64,000 bases of DNA, from positions 1,568,001-1,632,000 of the forward strand of contig OZ218778.1 of assembly GCA_965112635.1 (NCBI GenBank), read 5' to 3'. The notes below the pieces were generated by a model. That model was not told the origin of the DNA and searched no databases. It saw only the letters and a list, made by a program, of their open reading frames with translations. Below, one piece after another: positions 37,815 to 47,213 of this stretch. This DNA is from an uncultured bacterium. Its GTDB lineage: Bacteria; Oederibacteriota; Oederibacteriia; Oederibacteriales; Oederibacteriaceae. Numbering within the stretch: the first letter of the stretch is position 1; each line of letters starts with the position of its first letter. The position numbers and the translations under genes are program-made.

Positions 37815-38261
37815 ATGACCACTGAAGAAGTTTTCAAAAGCATGAACGAATCAAAGAGGAAGTTGTTTTTGCAAGTTTTGTTTGATATGGAGGGTGAAGC
37901 TAGTCAGAAAAGATTGGATTATTTGAATAATTTGATACAGGCTATTGAATTTGAATTAACAAAAGCTAAAAAAAGAAGGATATCGATCCTCAGAGAGATT
38001 GAGAATATAGAAATACTTCTTCCTGAGTTTAAGAAGTATAAAAATGTTGAGGGGAAATTTACTGCGTTTAAAAATGAAGTTGAAAATAAATTGAATGATT
38101 TAAAACTCAAGATAGTAGAGACCGAACCTGATATTAAGTTAGAAAAATTAAAAAGATTGAGATTGAGGGGACAGACTCTAATTCGTAGGTGTGATTTTGC
38201 AAGCGTTTTAAGTTCTAGGTTAAAGCAGTACAGTGGAAATTCCGCTGAAAGCGACTGGTGA
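37815..38261 (+). CDS. Coiled-coil hypothetical protein
   Basis: 148 aa; its last codons run into the IS21-like end. Confidence 0.55.
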   Translation: MTTEEVFKSMNESKRKLFLQVLFDMEGEASQKRLDYLNNLIQAIEFELTKAKKRRISILREIENIEILLPEFKKYKNVEGKFTAFKNEVENKLNDLKLKIVETEPDIKLEKLKRLRLRGQTLIRRCDFASVLSSRLKQYSGNSAESDW

Positions 38262-38302
38262 ATCCGTTTGAATGCGACCGCCTATTCCGGTGATGGCGAC
38301 CA
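38234..38302 (+). mobile_element. IS21-family-like end with three internal repeats; no transposase
   Basis: TG start, then ATTCCGCTGAAAGCGAC, AATCCGTTTGAATGCGACC, ATTCCGGTGATGGCGACC at 22-23 bp spacing. Confidence 0.6.
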
Positions 38303-38316
38303 TTAGCAAGTCTTGA

Positions 38317-38532
38317 TCAGGATTCTATCAATTTGTTAGGAGTTACCTTGAGGGTGCTTGCAATTCTGTTTAAAGTATAGATTGTAAAGTTTGCCCCGCC
38401 TGCCTCAAGCTTTTGCCACCTTTTGTATTCAATCCCGCTGGAATTAGCAGCTGACTCTTGAGTCAATCCCCTTTTCTCTCTGCTTTTCTTAATGTTTTTT
38501 CCGATACGCCTTAATAGCTCTTTGTCTCTCAT
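38317..38532 (-). CDS. XRE-family HTH regulator
   Basis: IGKNIKKSREKRGLTQE..LEAG..N.TI.TL..IA..L. Confidence 0.9.
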   Translation of the reverse strand: MRDKELLRRIGKNIKKSREKRGLTQESAANSSGIEYKRWQKLEAGGANFTIYTLNRIASTLKVTPNKLIES

Positions 38533-38655
38533 AATCCAATGCTAACGGTTGAATAGTCATGATAAACACCTGTAATATATTACGGTGTATGGTATTTGGG
38601 ACATAAGGCTCTCAAAAAGGCATTAATAATCTATCCAAAAACAAAAGGGGGAGGA

Positions 38656-39555
38656 ATGAAAAAAGCATTTTTGGTTCTCAGTTTATTGATGTTTTTAGGT
38701 GGTTATAATCAGGCTGTTGGTCAGTCAGATAATCTTGTACAGGCACCTGATATTAAATGTCCATATCACGGCTGCCAAATGAGTAATCCGGATCTCGTTA
38801 CTGATTGGATGGGTGTTCCAGAACTATTGTTTATTTATACCTGCCCTGTGGGCCATGAGAGGTATTTGATGGGCGCACATCAAATAATTCGTTCACAAAA
38901 GCTGATGTATGTTGGAAGCACCAGTTTCCATGGTGAGAATGGCAGTATGTTTATGATTAACAGTGGTGGCGAAGCACAATGGGTTGGCGGACCAAAACCA
39001 CAAACACTTGCAGAGAAAAAAGCAGAGGAGAAGGAGGCTGAAGCAGAAAAGAAAGAAGAAGCTAAAGAGATTGAGAGAGAAAATGGACAAATAAAAGAAA
39101 ATGAAAAATATTATAGGGAACAAAAAAAGGAATTGGAGAAGAAGGAAAAAGATGGAGATATTTGGCGTGCAGAAAAAAATGCCGTTGATGCAATAGAAAA
39201 GCTGTACAACGATGAAAGAGAGGAAGAGCAACTTCTGAAGTTGTTGAAAAAAGCAGATGTTGAAAGAGGGAAGGGAGAGGATAGCAGTTCACAGGACTAC
39301 TATAAACCACAAATAGAAAAAGACAAGGAAGCTATTAAAGAACGTAAAGCGGATTTAGCAAAATTAAGAGGAAAACCGGAAGGTTCTATTGATATAGATA
39401 TAGAAGTTCAAGAAAAGTTGATTGAAGACACTAAAAGATTTATAGAGATTGTTCACGGTGATGATAGAAAGTCGGTGGAAAAATCTGTTGAGAAACTTGA
39501 AGCAGATTTAGAAAAGCTAAGGGCTTCAAAAAGTTCTTCTGATAAGCATGAGTGA
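38656..39555 (+). CDS. Secreted protein with Cys/His motifs and a charged coiled coil
   Basis: MKKAFLVLSLL signal; CPYHG..CPVGH; GGAGG RBS. Confidence 0.7.
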   Translation: MKKAFLVLSLLMFLGGYNQAVGQSDNLVQAPDIKCPYHGCQMSNPDLVTDWMGVPELLFIYTCPVGHERYLMGAHQIIRSQKLMYVGSTSFHGENGSMFMINSGGEAQWVGGPKPQTLAEKKAEEKEAEAEKKEEAKEIERENGQIKENEKYYREQKKELEKKEKDGDIWRAEKNAVDAIEKLYNDEREEEQLLKLLKKADVERGKGEDSSSQDYYKPQIEKDKEAIKERKADLAKLRGKPEGSIDIDIEVQEKLIEDTKRFIEIVHGDDRKSVEKSVEKLEADLEKLRASKSSSDKHE

Positions 39556-39585
39556 GCTCATTAGAAAGTGCTGGAGAGGAGAATA

Positions 39586-39912
39586 ATGGCATTAATAAAG
39601 TGCCCAGAATGCGGAAACGAAACATCTGACCAAGCTCCCGCTTGTATGCAATGTAGGGCTCCAATAATTATCAAGAAAAACAAGTCAGAAGCCAATCAAG
39701 ATAAAAAGTCCTTTTTCCAGTTAACTCAATCGGAGAGAAAACACTATCCAATATTTGTTAGGGTGTTTGCTCTTATTGGTTTAATTATTTGCGTTATATT
39801 TTCTTTATTTGGGTGTGCGCTTTGTTTTACGGTTGTCGGTATTATTCCTGGTGGATTTATTTGGATTGTTGGAATGATAGCCGGGGGGGCGTGTCTTTAT
39901 TTTATGTTGTAA
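39586..39912 (+). CDS. Zinc-ribbon membrane protein
   Basis: MALIKCPECG..SD.A..C..C..P plus two hydrophobic segments. Confidence 0.8.
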   Translation: MALIKCPECGNETSDQAPACMQCRAPIIIKKNKSEANQDKKSFFQLTQSERKHYPIFVRVFALIGLIICVIFSLFGCALCFTVVGIIPGGFIWIVGMIAGGACLYFML

Positions 39913-40013
39913 AAAACCGCTGGTGGTTGATCCTTAATTCCTTAGTGTGTTGTTTTAATTATTCTTTTAGAACTTAACAGATAAGTAAGAGTTCCAAAAT
40001 ACTGAAAGGAGGT

Positions 40014-40271
40014 GTGGCGATGCTTATAATATTTATTATTGGAGTTATTCTTATTGTCCCTATTTCGCTTGGAATAGCATGGGCTATTGTTCTTCCGACT
40101 CCTGAAAAGGCAAAGCAGATGAGGAGTAGTATAGAAGAGCGCAAACAAGATCCAGCGTGGGCAACTGGTGAGAAAGCAAAGAAGCTAAAGGCAGAGGATA
40201 AATGGCTAACTTTTCTGGAGAATGCACCGTTCCAAAAAACCGATGGTCCTTGGGGGGTGAAATGGAAGTGA
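40014..40271 (+). CDS. Small membrane-anchored hypothetical protein
   Basis: AAGGAGG RBS; N-terminal TM segment. Confidence 0.6.
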   Translation: MAMLIIFIIGVILIVPISLGIAWAIVLPTPEKAKQMRSSIEERKQDPAWATGEKAKKLKAEDKWLTFLENAPFQKTDGPWGVKWK

Positions 40272-40420
40272 AGGGATTCAAAATTCCGGAAGGAGGTAGA
40301 GAATACTGACAGTAAATATTAAATAGGAAACTTATTGCGAGTTGGATTGAAATATCCACATGGCCAAGTTTGTTTTAAGGCATCTTGATATTTAGAAGAT
40401 GCCTTTCTTATTTTTAGGGG

Positions 40421-40681
40421 GTGATTATCTTGAATAAAAGGTGTGAAGCGCTAAACAATACGGATATGGAAACTCTGTTATTAGAAATTGTGGATTCCTT
40501 GGAAAGGGATTGCCTGGCATTAAGAGGATTTATTAATGAGGCAGAAATTAGTGATGGGATTTGGGGGGTAGCCAACTCCATTGATTTATCGGCACAGTTG
40601 ATTCATGGCGTAAAACATCAGTTATGCAGTAAATGTAAGCTAGTCGAAGTAAACAGATCAATCAAGTTTATAAGAAAATAA
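40421..40681 (+). CDS. Hypothetical protein
   Basis: 86 aa ORF. Confidence 0.4.
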   Translation: MIILNKRCEALNNTDMETLLLEIVDSLERDCLALRGFINEAEISDGIWGVANSIDLSAQLIHGVKHQLCSKCKLVEVNRSIKFIRK

Positions 40682-40733
40682 AGGTATTGTTTTTAATTTA
40701 TTCAAGTTCTCTAAAAGATGGTAAATTAACATT

Positions 40734-41550
40734 ATGAAACTTTCAAAGGAATGGGCAATTCAAAAATTTAAAGAGCAGATTAAAAAGGGTAAATCCTTAA
40801 TCTTGTTAGTTTTAAATTTATCAGATGAAGTTGATAGGAATGAGTATTATGAAGGTGAATTTAGTCTAAAACGTCTAGGGGAAATTAGATTAGCAGGCGA
40901 AGATACCCTCGAAGATACCTTGAAACCCATGCCTAATGAAAAATTAAATAAAGATTCTTCTATTAGTTTAAGTAACAGGTATAAGAGATTTATTTCAGCA
41001 AAAGAAAAAATGGACAATGAGCAACATTAAATTGATAGAGAGGGTTATTGATGATCCAACAAAGGTTGTTCGCCAATATAAACAAGAATATATAATTTCG
41101 ACCTCTTTATTGGGGCATCCGATTGAGGAATGTCGTATTGATCATATAGATACTACGATAAATAATGAGGTCAAATTATTAGAGTCAATAATTGGATGGT
41201 TAGAAGAGGATTTGTTAGTGTTACGAAAAGATATAGATAAATCTAATAATAACGATGGGTTCAATTATAATTCAAATAGTTCAACTTTATATTGGGGCTC
41301 AAAATTTAAAAAATTTGTACTAGGAAGCTCCTACCAAATTGTTTTTGAATATCTTGTAGAAAAACAAGATCAACTCGTAAGGAAACAGGAAATTGAAAAA
41401 CTACTTAAGGTTAAAGGATGTGAGACAAAGTCCACCGTTCATAAAATTATCGTTGATATAAACAAAGGAATAAAAGAACGTCGTATTTCACTTGAAATAA
41501 TTCCAGGCAATTCCACTTTTAAATTAAGTGAATTTGTAGCTAAAAAATGA
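40734..41550 (+). pseudogene. Frameshifted regulator (helical N-domain plus OmpR-like wHTH), split into ORFs 40734-41030 and 41017-41550
   Basis: Removing one A from the A6 run at 41005-41010 fuses the ORFs; the fusion shares motifs with 61753-62739. Confidence 0.6.
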
Positions 41551-41559
41551 AAAGTAATT

Positions 41560-41671
41560 AGTCCCCAGTAAGTCCCCATTATTTATTTTAAGCGATTAAT
41601 AAACCCTCTGAAAAATAGGATTATGTATTCCTTATAGCTATAGTCTCCACACAGTCCCCATATAGTCCCTC
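41560..41671 (+). repeat. Five AGTCCCCA-like direct repeats with 11-bp periodicity
   Basis: Copies start at 41560, 41571 and 41642, 41653, 41664. Confidence 0.85.
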
Positions 41672-41696
41672 CCAAGAAAGCCCTAGAATTGGGCAT

Positions 41697-41963
41697 ATGA
41701 ATGAGAAAACTATGCCTTTAAATGGCACTCTTAAAAATATCACGAATGAGATAACGGGCGAACCGAATCGTCAAGTTATTGGAGATAAGATCTCAATAGA
41801 AGAATGTACTAAGAGGTTAAGTTTAGCGCAATGCCGAGAATTAATCGGAAATAAATCAATAACAGACTCAGAACTGGAAATGATGCGGGACCAACTTTAT
41901 GCTTTAGCTAATATTGCAATCGATGAGTTCTTGAAAATAAATAAGGAGAAGGTGACTCAATGA
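41697..41963 (+). CDS. Small protein coupled to LSR3
   Basis: 88 aa; ATGA overlap with the recombinase. Confidence 0.7.
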   Translation: MNEKTMPLNGTLKNITNEITGEPNRQVIGDKISIEECTKRLSLAQCRELIGNKSITDSELEMMRDQLYALANIAIDEFLKINKEKVTQ

Positions 41964-43477
41964 ACGCTGTGATTTACTGTCGGGTTTCCACGAAAGAACA
42001 GGTTCAAAATTATAGTCTACCCACTCAAAAGAAAGCTTGCATTGAGTACTGTCAGAGAAATGGGTTTGAGGTTAATCAAATATTTGTTGATGAAGGAGAA
42101 TCTGCAAAGACAACAGACAGGACAGAGTTTCAGAAATTGTTGGCTTATTGCCGCCAAAATAAGGGTAAAGTTCAATATGTTGTAGTTTATGCTGTAAATC
42201 GATTTTCAAGGAATCAATATGACCATTATGCTATTAAAGCTTTACTTAGTGGATTAGGGGTGTCCCTTCGTTCAGTTACGGAGGCAATTGATGATTCGTC
42301 GACGGGTATATTGCTAGAAGGATTTATGGCTACTCTAGCCCATTGGGATAACAAACAGAAAGCAGAACGGACTATTGTTGGGATGAAATCAGCAATTCAG
42401 TCAGGGAATTGGCCTTTTAAAGCTCCTCTTGGTTATAAGCAGGTAAAAGGCCAGGACGGTCGTTCTGTTCCTATCATAGACCGGGAAAGAGGCCCCTTAG
42501 TTGCTAAGGCTTTCGATCTTTATTCCACGGGAATATATTCGGCCAGAAGTGTTTTAAAAATGGTTACAGATTTAGGTCTTTGTACCAATAAAGGGAATAA
42601 AGTTAGTCTTCAAACATTCACTTTTACGCTAAGGAATCCCTTTTATAGTGGGATGCTTTTTGTGAAAGGTTGGAGTCAGGAACAAAAAGGAAATTTTGAG
42701 GCTCTAGTGTCTCAAGAAACCTTTAATAAAGTTCAAGCGCTTTTGAGCGGTAAAAAAGTGTCTTTAGCGCCATATATGAGAAATAATCCAGATTTTCCGC
42801 TACGTCTTTTTACCTTATGTGGTAACTGTGGCAAACCCTTGACTGGAAGTTGGAATAAAGGCAGAACGAAGCGGTATCCTTATTACCATTGTCCAAACTT
42901 AGAGTGCAGAAAGGTGTATGTTCCAAAAGAGAAGTTTGAGAATCAGTTTTTAGAGTACATAAATAAATATAGGCCCAATACAACTTATTTAAAACTTTTT
43001 AAGAAAATTGTTTTAGATGTCTGGAAAGATAAGGCAAAACAATATCAAGAAACTAAAAAGACTTTTGAGGGTAAGTTGCAAAAACTGAGTGAAGATAAGC
43101 AAAAATTGATCAATACTTTTATTTATTTGCAGGCAATAGATAAAAAGACATATGATGAACAAGTAGATAAATTAAACGAGCAGATAGCCTCTGCTGAGCT
43201 TGACCTGAATGATAACTGGGTTCAGGAACTCAATGCAGAGGCGGCATTGAATTTTGCTGAATATGTTTTATTAAATCCTGGAAGACTATGGAAAGAATTC
43301 GATTTGTCTCAAAAACAAAGACTTCAGCGGGTTTTATTTCCAGAAAGAATCAGTTACCTGAATGGGACATTTGGAACCACTAAAGCGCCTATAATTTACA
43401 GTCTTTTTGAAACAAATCAAACCGAAAAATCAAGATTGGCGTCCCCAACGGGATTCGAACCCGTGTCGCTACCGTGA
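41960..43477 (+). CDS. Large serine recombinase 3 (probable island integrase); 3' end overlaps tRNA-Glu antisense
   Basis: YCRVST, NRFSRN, APLGY, LRNPFYSG, CGNCG; ends LASPTGFEPVSLP. Confidence 0.95.
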   Translation: MNAVIYCRVSTKEQVQNYSLPTQKKACIEYCQRNGFEVNQIFVDEGESAKTTDRTEFQKLLAYCRQNKGKVQYVVVYAVNRFSRNQYDHYAIKALLSGLGVSLRSVTEAIDDSSTGILLEGFMATLAHWDNKQKAERTIVGMKSAIQSGNWPFKAPLGYKQVKGQDGRSVPIIDRERGPLVAKAFDLYSTGIYSARSVLKMVTDLGLCTNKGNKVSLQTFTFTLRNPFYSGMLFVKGWSQEQKGNFEALVSQETFNKVQALLSGKKVSLAPYMRNNPDFPLRLFTLCGNCGKPLTGSWNKGRTKRYPYYHCPNLECRKVYVPKEKFENQFLEYINKYRPNTTYLKLFKKIVLDVWKDKAKQYQETKKTFEGKLQKLSEDKQKLINTFIYLQAIDKKTYDEQVDKLNEQIASAELDLNDNWVQELNAEAALNFAEYVLLNPGRLWKEFDLSQKQRLQRVLFPERISYLNGTFGTTKAPIIYSLFETNQTEKSRLASPTGFEPVSLP

Positions 43478-43511
43478 AAGGGTAGTGACCTAACCACTAG
43501 TCGATGGGGAC
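43437..43511 (-). tRNA. tRNA-Glu(TTC)
   Basis: GTCCCCA/TGGGGAC acceptor stem, CTACC-CTTTCAC-GGTAG anticodon arm, GGTTCGAATCC, encoded CCA. Confidence 0.97.
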
Positions 43512-43729
43512 GCGGATTGACCAAAACAAGACATCATCTTAACATATCTTTCCTTTTAATTTCCGCAAAAACACACCTGTTCGACCCGCCAAAAAGGGAT
43601 TGGTATTTTAAACAAGAAGGCCTAGTCTATATTTAGAAAATTGAAATTCCGCGCATCCAGTTCTTAAAATGGGTTATAATATTTTTTGCTTTTCTAACGT
43701 CCAAAAACATACAGGGGAGAGCCGATAGG

Positions 43730-44554
43730 ATGCCTAGGATTTTTAAAGATATTGGAAAAAGTTTAATTGTTTTTTTTCTGCTTTTTATTGCTTTTTTTGC
43801 CATGTTTTATTCAATGCGCAAACCTCAAACTACCTCTCCTAATAGCTTGGAAACGACTCTGGAGGCAGAAAGCAAGCCTGCCCAGTTAACCTTGAGCACT
43901 TTAACCTCCGATGCCCTTTATTATATTAAGGATTTTTTTACATTCCGGAAAAAGGAAGAAAAAATGAGGCTGGAGAATATGGTCAAAGAATATGAACAGC
44001 AGGTCCGTGATTATGATGAGATAGTGGCCGAAAATGAAAGATTGAAAAAGATCCTTTCTTACCGAGAAAATATTTCATTCAAGGAAAGTTTTGCCAGGGT
44101 CGTCTACCGGGATCCGAGCAATTGGGTGCGCTCCTTGGTCGTGGACCAGGGCGGGGAAGAGGGCCTCATTAAAGGATTGGCTGTCTTTTCTCCAGAAGGT
44201 GTCGTGGGCAAGTTGGTTGAAATATACCCGAAAAGCGCCAGGGTGTTATTGATCACCGATCCGGGCTGCACGATCAGCGCTTATCTTAAACGCTCAAGGG
44301 TTGTGGGCACCGTGTCCGGCAGGGGGGACGGTCTTTTGGTCATGAACTATCTTTCCGGGGAGGATGACGTCCAGGTCGGCGATGTCGTGCTCACTGGAGG
44401 AGAAGGTCATGTTTTTCCGCGGGGATTATTGATCGGATATGTTGATCAAGTCAGTAAAAAGCAGGAGGGAATGTCGCTGGGGGTCGTCATCAAGCCCAGC
44501 GTGGAGTTCAATAAACTCGAGGAAGTGCTCATTTCACATCAAGTCAATGATTGA
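43730..44554 (+). CDS. mreC: Rod shape-determining protein MreC
   Basis: N-terminal TM, ENERLKKIL, GVVGKL, VLLITD, FPRGLLIG. Confidence 0.93.
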   Translation: MPRIFKDIGKSLIVFFLLFIAFFAMFYSMRKPQTTSPNSLETTLEAESKPAQLTLSTLTSDALYYIKDFFTFRKKEEKMRLENMVKEYEQQVRDYDEIVAENERLKKILSYRENISFKESFARVVYRDPSNWVRSLVVDQGGEEGLIKGLAVFSPEGVVGKLVEIYPKSARVLLITDPGCTISAYLKRSRVVGTVSGRGDGLLVMNYLSGEDDVQVGDVVLTGGEGHVFPRGLLIGYVDQVSKKQEGMSLGVVIKPSVEFNKLEEVLISHQVND

Positions 44555-44587
44555 TGAGGCTGTTTTTAATGGGAGTATACTAAGTCT

Positions 44588-45175
44588 ATGCAAACGCTCC
44601 TTGTTCTTTTGTTTGGATGGTTATGCGTCTTAGCCCAAAGTACTTTTCTATACCCATTACGGATTAGTGGTTACGGGGTGGACCTTATCCTGGTCTGTCT
44701 GACCTATTACGGGGTTAGCGGAGGCGTGGTCAAGGGGACCTGGACGGGGTTTTGCCTGGGTTTAGTGGTCGACTCTTTTTCCGGATCTCCATTTGGTTTC
44801 CATACCGTTCTCTATAGCTGTACGGGTATGGCCGTTGGGATCATTTCCGGGTTTTTTTATTGGAAGAAATGGAGGATACAGCTGCTGGTCACCACCCTGG
44901 CCACTCTAATCCAAGCCGGTATCCTTTTGCTCTGGATCCTCGCGTTGGGATCTAAAATAAAATTGTTCCATCCGTCCTTTTCTTTCATTGGTATAGTTTG
45001 GGAGGCGATATTAAACTCGCTTGTGGCACCCATCTTTTTTGAGGTTTTCCAAAGTTCGGACAGGATCACCGAGGCTTTGTGGAGATTTATTGATGAGTTC
45101 ATAGCGAGGGTTATTCTGCATCGTTTACCACCAGTTACAAAGTATGAAAAGAAAAGAAAATCAGCGATATTTTGA
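44588..45175 (+). CDS. mreD: Rod shape-determining protein MreD
   Basis: Hydrophobic; DLIL..G...GF..GL..D; sits between mreC and mrdA. Confidence 0.85.
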   Translation: MQTLLVLLFGWLCVLAQSTFLYPLRISGYGVDLILVCLTYYGVSGGVVKGTWTGFCLGLVVDSFSGSPFGFHTVLYSCTGMAVGIISGFFYWKKWRIQLLVTTLATLIQAGILLLWILALGSKIKLFHPSFSFIGIVWEAILNSLVAPIFFEVFQSSDRITEALWRFIDEFIARVILHRLPPVTKYEKKRKSAIF

Positions 45176-45271
45176 ATCCAAAATTCTGTAAATCAAAAGT
45201 TTAATCCAATTGCAGGCCGATAAGGAAATAAGCCGGGAGGCATGGAAAAATTATGATCAAGAAGTGTTCTG

Positions 45272-47152
45272 ATGGCCTATAAAAATGTTATTTTGCCACC
45301 GGAAAAATCTTCTTTTAGGGTCTATTTTTTTGCCGGTATAATCGGGCTTGGTTTTTTCATACTTATCCTACGGCTGGTTTATCTACAGATTGTCCAGGGT
45401 GAGAGGTACAAGTTATTAGCTAAAAATAACAGCGTGAGGCTGATCGCTTCCAGGCCTCCGCGAGGTTTGATCTTTGACCGCAATGGAAATGTACTCGTCA
45501 GCAATGTCCCCTCCTTTGACGTCTCCTTGATCCCGGTCAATATCAAAAATATGGACGAGAGTATCAACAGCCTTAGCAAACTGCTTGACCTTGACCCCGA
45601 AGAGATTTACGAAAAGGTGATCTACCAGAGCGGATGGGTCTATCTTCCGGTCGTGTTAAAGGAGAATGTAAACAGACGGATCATCGCAGGGATCGAGGAG
45701 AGGAAGGCTGAGCTGCCCGGAGTGCTGGTCCAAACGGAACCAAAACGATATTACCGTTACGGGGATATGGCAGCCCATGTTCTGGGCTATACTTCCAGGA
45801 TCACAGAATCCCAAATGGATGATCTGCGCTCAGAAGGCTATACCCCCCTGGATTATGTAGGACAAATGGGAATTGAAAAAGCCTATGAATCTTTTTTGAG
45901 AGGCGAGAGCGGGGGTTATGAAATTGAGGTAGACCATAAAGGCCGTCCCCAAAGCAAATCCCTGGTCAACCTGCCCACCCGGGAACCCCGACCGGGCAAT
46001 AATCTTATCCTGACCCTGGATGTTGACCTGCAAGAGCTCTCCGAGAATCTTTTACGCGGTTATAAGGGGTGCGTGGTGGTCATGAACCCCCAGAACGGCG
46101 AGATCCTCGTCATGGCCAGCCAACCCAGTTTTGACCTCAATCTCTTTTCCGAAGGTTTCTCTTATGCCGATTGGAAGAGGTTCAGTGAGGATCCCGCGGC
46201 CCCTCTCAATGACCGGGCCATCAACGGGCTTTACCCGCCTGGTTCCATTTTCAAGATCATCACGGCCTCCGCGGGACTGGAAGAGAAAGTGATCGACGAC
46301 AAGAGCGTATTCGACTGCAACGGCTCTTTCTGGATCAAAACCTGGTTATACCGCTGTTGGTACCGATTAGGACACCACACCTGTAATATTTACAAGGCCA
46401 TTGCCCAGTCTTGCGATATTTTCTTCTATAAATTAGGTCTTAAGTTAAAAGTGAAAAGGCTCAATCAATATGCCACGGCTTTCGGTTTAGGCCAGCCGAC
46501 CGATATTGATATCGGTGCGGAAAGCGTTGGTTTTGTGCCAAGCGCGGAATGGAAAGAACGCACGGAAAATATGCCCTGGTTCCCGGGAAACACCGTGTTG
46601 TTCTCCATCGGGCAAGGTTATGTTTTGGCCACTCCTCTCCAGGTGGCAGGAATCATCAACGCGGTCGCCATGGATGGGTTGGTCTACAAGCCCCACTTCC
46701 TCAAAGAAGTCCGCACTCCCGGAGGCCGTATCATTTACAGATCTAAACCCGAGGTTTTGAGGAAGTTAAATCTTTCGAAAACGACCCTTGATATCGTCAG
46801 GGAAGGTCTCTATGAGGTTATCAACGGTTATGGGGGAACAGGATGGAGAGCCAGGATCAGGGGATTCCCGATGTGTGGAAAAACCGGGACCTCTGAAAAT
46901 CCCCACGGAAGACCCCATGCCTGGTTCACCGCTTTTGGGCCTAGGGAAAACCCGGAGATATCTGTAACCATTTTGATCGAAAATGGGGAAGAGGGAGGTG
47001 TTACCGCCGCTCCCATGGCCAAACAGATCATCGAGCTTTATCTTCAGAAAAAGAAGGGCCTTTACAAGAAAGAGAATCCGGAAGCCGCAGCAGTGGCTAC
47101 CCCGGCGGTTGTTCCTGAGAAGCCGGTGCTCAGAAAGAAATATCACCCCTAG
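45272..47152 (+). CDS. mrdA: Penicillin-binding protein 2
   Basis: PRGLIFDRNG, PGSIFK (SxxK), SCD, KTGT. Confidence 0.95.
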   Translation: MAYKNVILPPEKSSFRVYFFAGIIGLGFFILILRLVYLQIVQGERYKLLAKNNSVRLIASRPPRGLIFDRNGNVLVSNVPSFDVSLIPVNIKNMDESINSLSKLLDLDPEEIYEKVIYQSGWVYLPVVLKENVNRRIIAGIEERKAELPGVLVQTEPKRYYRYGDMAAHVLGYTSRITESQMDDLRSEGYTPLDYVGQMGIEKAYESFLRGESGGYEIEVDHKGRPQSKSLVNLPTREPRPGNNLILTLDVDLQELSENLLRGYKGCVVVMNPQNGEILVMASQPSFDLNLFSEGFSYADWKRFSEDPAAPLNDRAINGLYPPGSIFKIITASAGLEEKVIDDKSVFDCNGSFWIKTWLYRCWYRLGHHTCNIYKAIAQSCDIFFYKLGLKLKVKRLNQYATAFGLGQPTDIDIGAESVGFVPSAEWKERTENMPWFPGNTVLFSIGQGYVLATPLQVAGIINAVAMDGLVYKPHFLKEVRTPGGRIIYRSKPEVLRKLNLSKTTLDIVREGLYEVINGYGGTGWRARIRGFPMCGKTGTSENPHGRPHAWFTAFGPRENPEISVTILIENGEEGGVTAAPMAKQIIELYLQKKKGLYKKENPEAAAVATPAVVPEKPVLRKKYHP

Positions 47153-47213
47153 GATGGCGAGACCACTGAGGAGCGGTTGCGTTTGTAGGGGTTGAATAGG
47201 AGCGTTTACTTTA

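Larger units (their letters stand above)
12440..43445. mobile_element. ~31-kb integrative defence island at the 3' end of tRNA-Glu
   Basis: Direct repeat TTGGCGTCCC at 12440-12449 and 43436-43445 (tRNA CCA end); sharp GC drop; three LSRs; defence cargo. Confidence 0.85.
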
